From assembly GCF_006345805.1 (NCBI RefSeq), contig NC_042999.1, positions 152,148,001-152,212,000 on the forward strand: 64,000 bases of DNA, written 5' to 3'. How positions within the stretch are numbered: position 1 is the first letter of the stretch; every line of letters starts with the position of its first letter. A program made the position numbers and the translations under genes. This DNA is from Octopus sinensis (taxonomy: Eukaryota). Below the pieces are notes generated by a model, which saw only the letters and a program-made list of their open reading frames with translations, made no database searches and was not told the origin of the DNA. This document shows positions 62,866 through 64,000 of this stretch, piece by piece.

Positions 62866-63310
62866 CCCCCACTTCTCTATTGTGATGCCCTTGGTCATTA
62901 TCAACATTGATGGAATGAACTAATAATACTGTCAGTCATCTCCTACTATGCCTCCTCTTCATCACTCTCTGGTTCCACTTTAGTTTCAGATAAGGTACTT
63001 CTGTTGGTAAGTGACCAAAGCGAAGGAAGTGTTAAGAACATCAGTAGAAGAGTTTTATGGCCAATTGAACAGTTTTATCTGGTCCAGTGAGTCATCATTT
63101 CAGAGTTGAATAGTGTCCAGAATTATTCATGTATCTGATAATGATCATTACTGATAAATTAGGGATGAGATAATGCAAAAACAACGATGGTATTCATTTA
63201 ATAGTTGGATTAACAATGATTATAAATGCGTGTGCATATGTGAGAAGAAAACAACAAAAATGTATGTATACAGACATGCATGTGTACGTACATGAGAGAA
63301 TGAGCAAAAG

Positions 63311-63345
<35 letters not shown>

Positions 63346-64000
63346 TTCTGAGTGTGAATATGTATGTGAGTATGCATTTGTGTGTGAAGTTGGCATACAT
63401 ACCTATGTGTGTACATTAGTGTGTTAGTATACTTGTATGTATGTGTGCATGTTTGCTTTGGTCAGCTTAGCATTTCATTGCTCGTTAATTAACAGTTATC
63501 AATCTAATTAAAGCAGCAACTTGAATGTAGAGTATTGACTTGTCTGCTTATTTATACAGAGATTGTGTGGCCGAGACAGTTGGCATGAGTCATTACTGGA
63601 ATCGGATTCCTCTTGATTTTGATAAACAAAGCTTTCAGCCAACCATCTTGAAAACTGAAAGAAAATACATTCATGTAACTATATATGAGTGTGTTTCAGT
63701 TGGCAGTTTAGCCTTGGTCAGCCTTGATAAAATAGATGGTCTTAGCTTCATGACCATCCTTCTTGTCTTTTTAGAGTTACCCATGACTACATTATTCTTC
63801 TTTATCCTTTTATTCTCGTAATGGTTTCAGTCGTAGGACTGTGGCCAAGCTGAAGCACTGCCTTAATTTATTTTCTCTCTGTTTTGTTGTCGCTTCATGA
63901 CTGGAAGTTTGTCTGTGATTGAGTTTGTTGCAGCTGATCTTCCCTGAGTGTATCTTCGAATGGTTAGCTGGCCTGGTGTCATCCTTAGTTTATCTAATCA

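Noticed and set aside
63540-63821. 93-aa ORF after a tacag acceptor as the next kinase exon
   Set aside because: No IAxGM, HRD or DFG in any frame; the next exon must lie beyond the window.

Overview
AT-rich, microsatellite- and retroposon-dense animal genomic DNA. The repeat families look like octopod cephalopod (Octopus) repeats; this is recognised from memory, with no database search run. One plus-strand multi-exon gene runs through the window and off its 3' end. Five coding exons (8961-9394, 38656-38759, 46654-46818, 58050-58214, 61689-61945) have canonical AG/GT sites and compatible phases, and join into a 375-codon open frame. It encodes an N-terminal TRIM-type C3HC4 RING finger, a Src-family SH2 domain and the N-lobe of a Src-family tyrosine kinase. 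No SH3 exon and no Gly2 myristoylation motif are visible. The RING exon joins the SH2 exon at the ancestral Src SH3/SH2 phase-2 intron position, so the gene looks like an exon-shuffled E3-ligase/tyrosine-kinase chimera. This is the main finding and needs junction reads to confirm it. The HRD/DFG motifs and the C-terminal tail lie beyond the window. The introns hold tRNA-derived SINEs, RTE, R4-like, CR1 and Tx1-like LINE fragments, TTAA- and hAT-type MITEs, a six-unit array of an RTE 3' UTR, a palindromic Penelope-type tail with hammerhead-like motifs next to the RING exon, and long simple repeats. Nearly all ORF-track entries are repeat artefacts.
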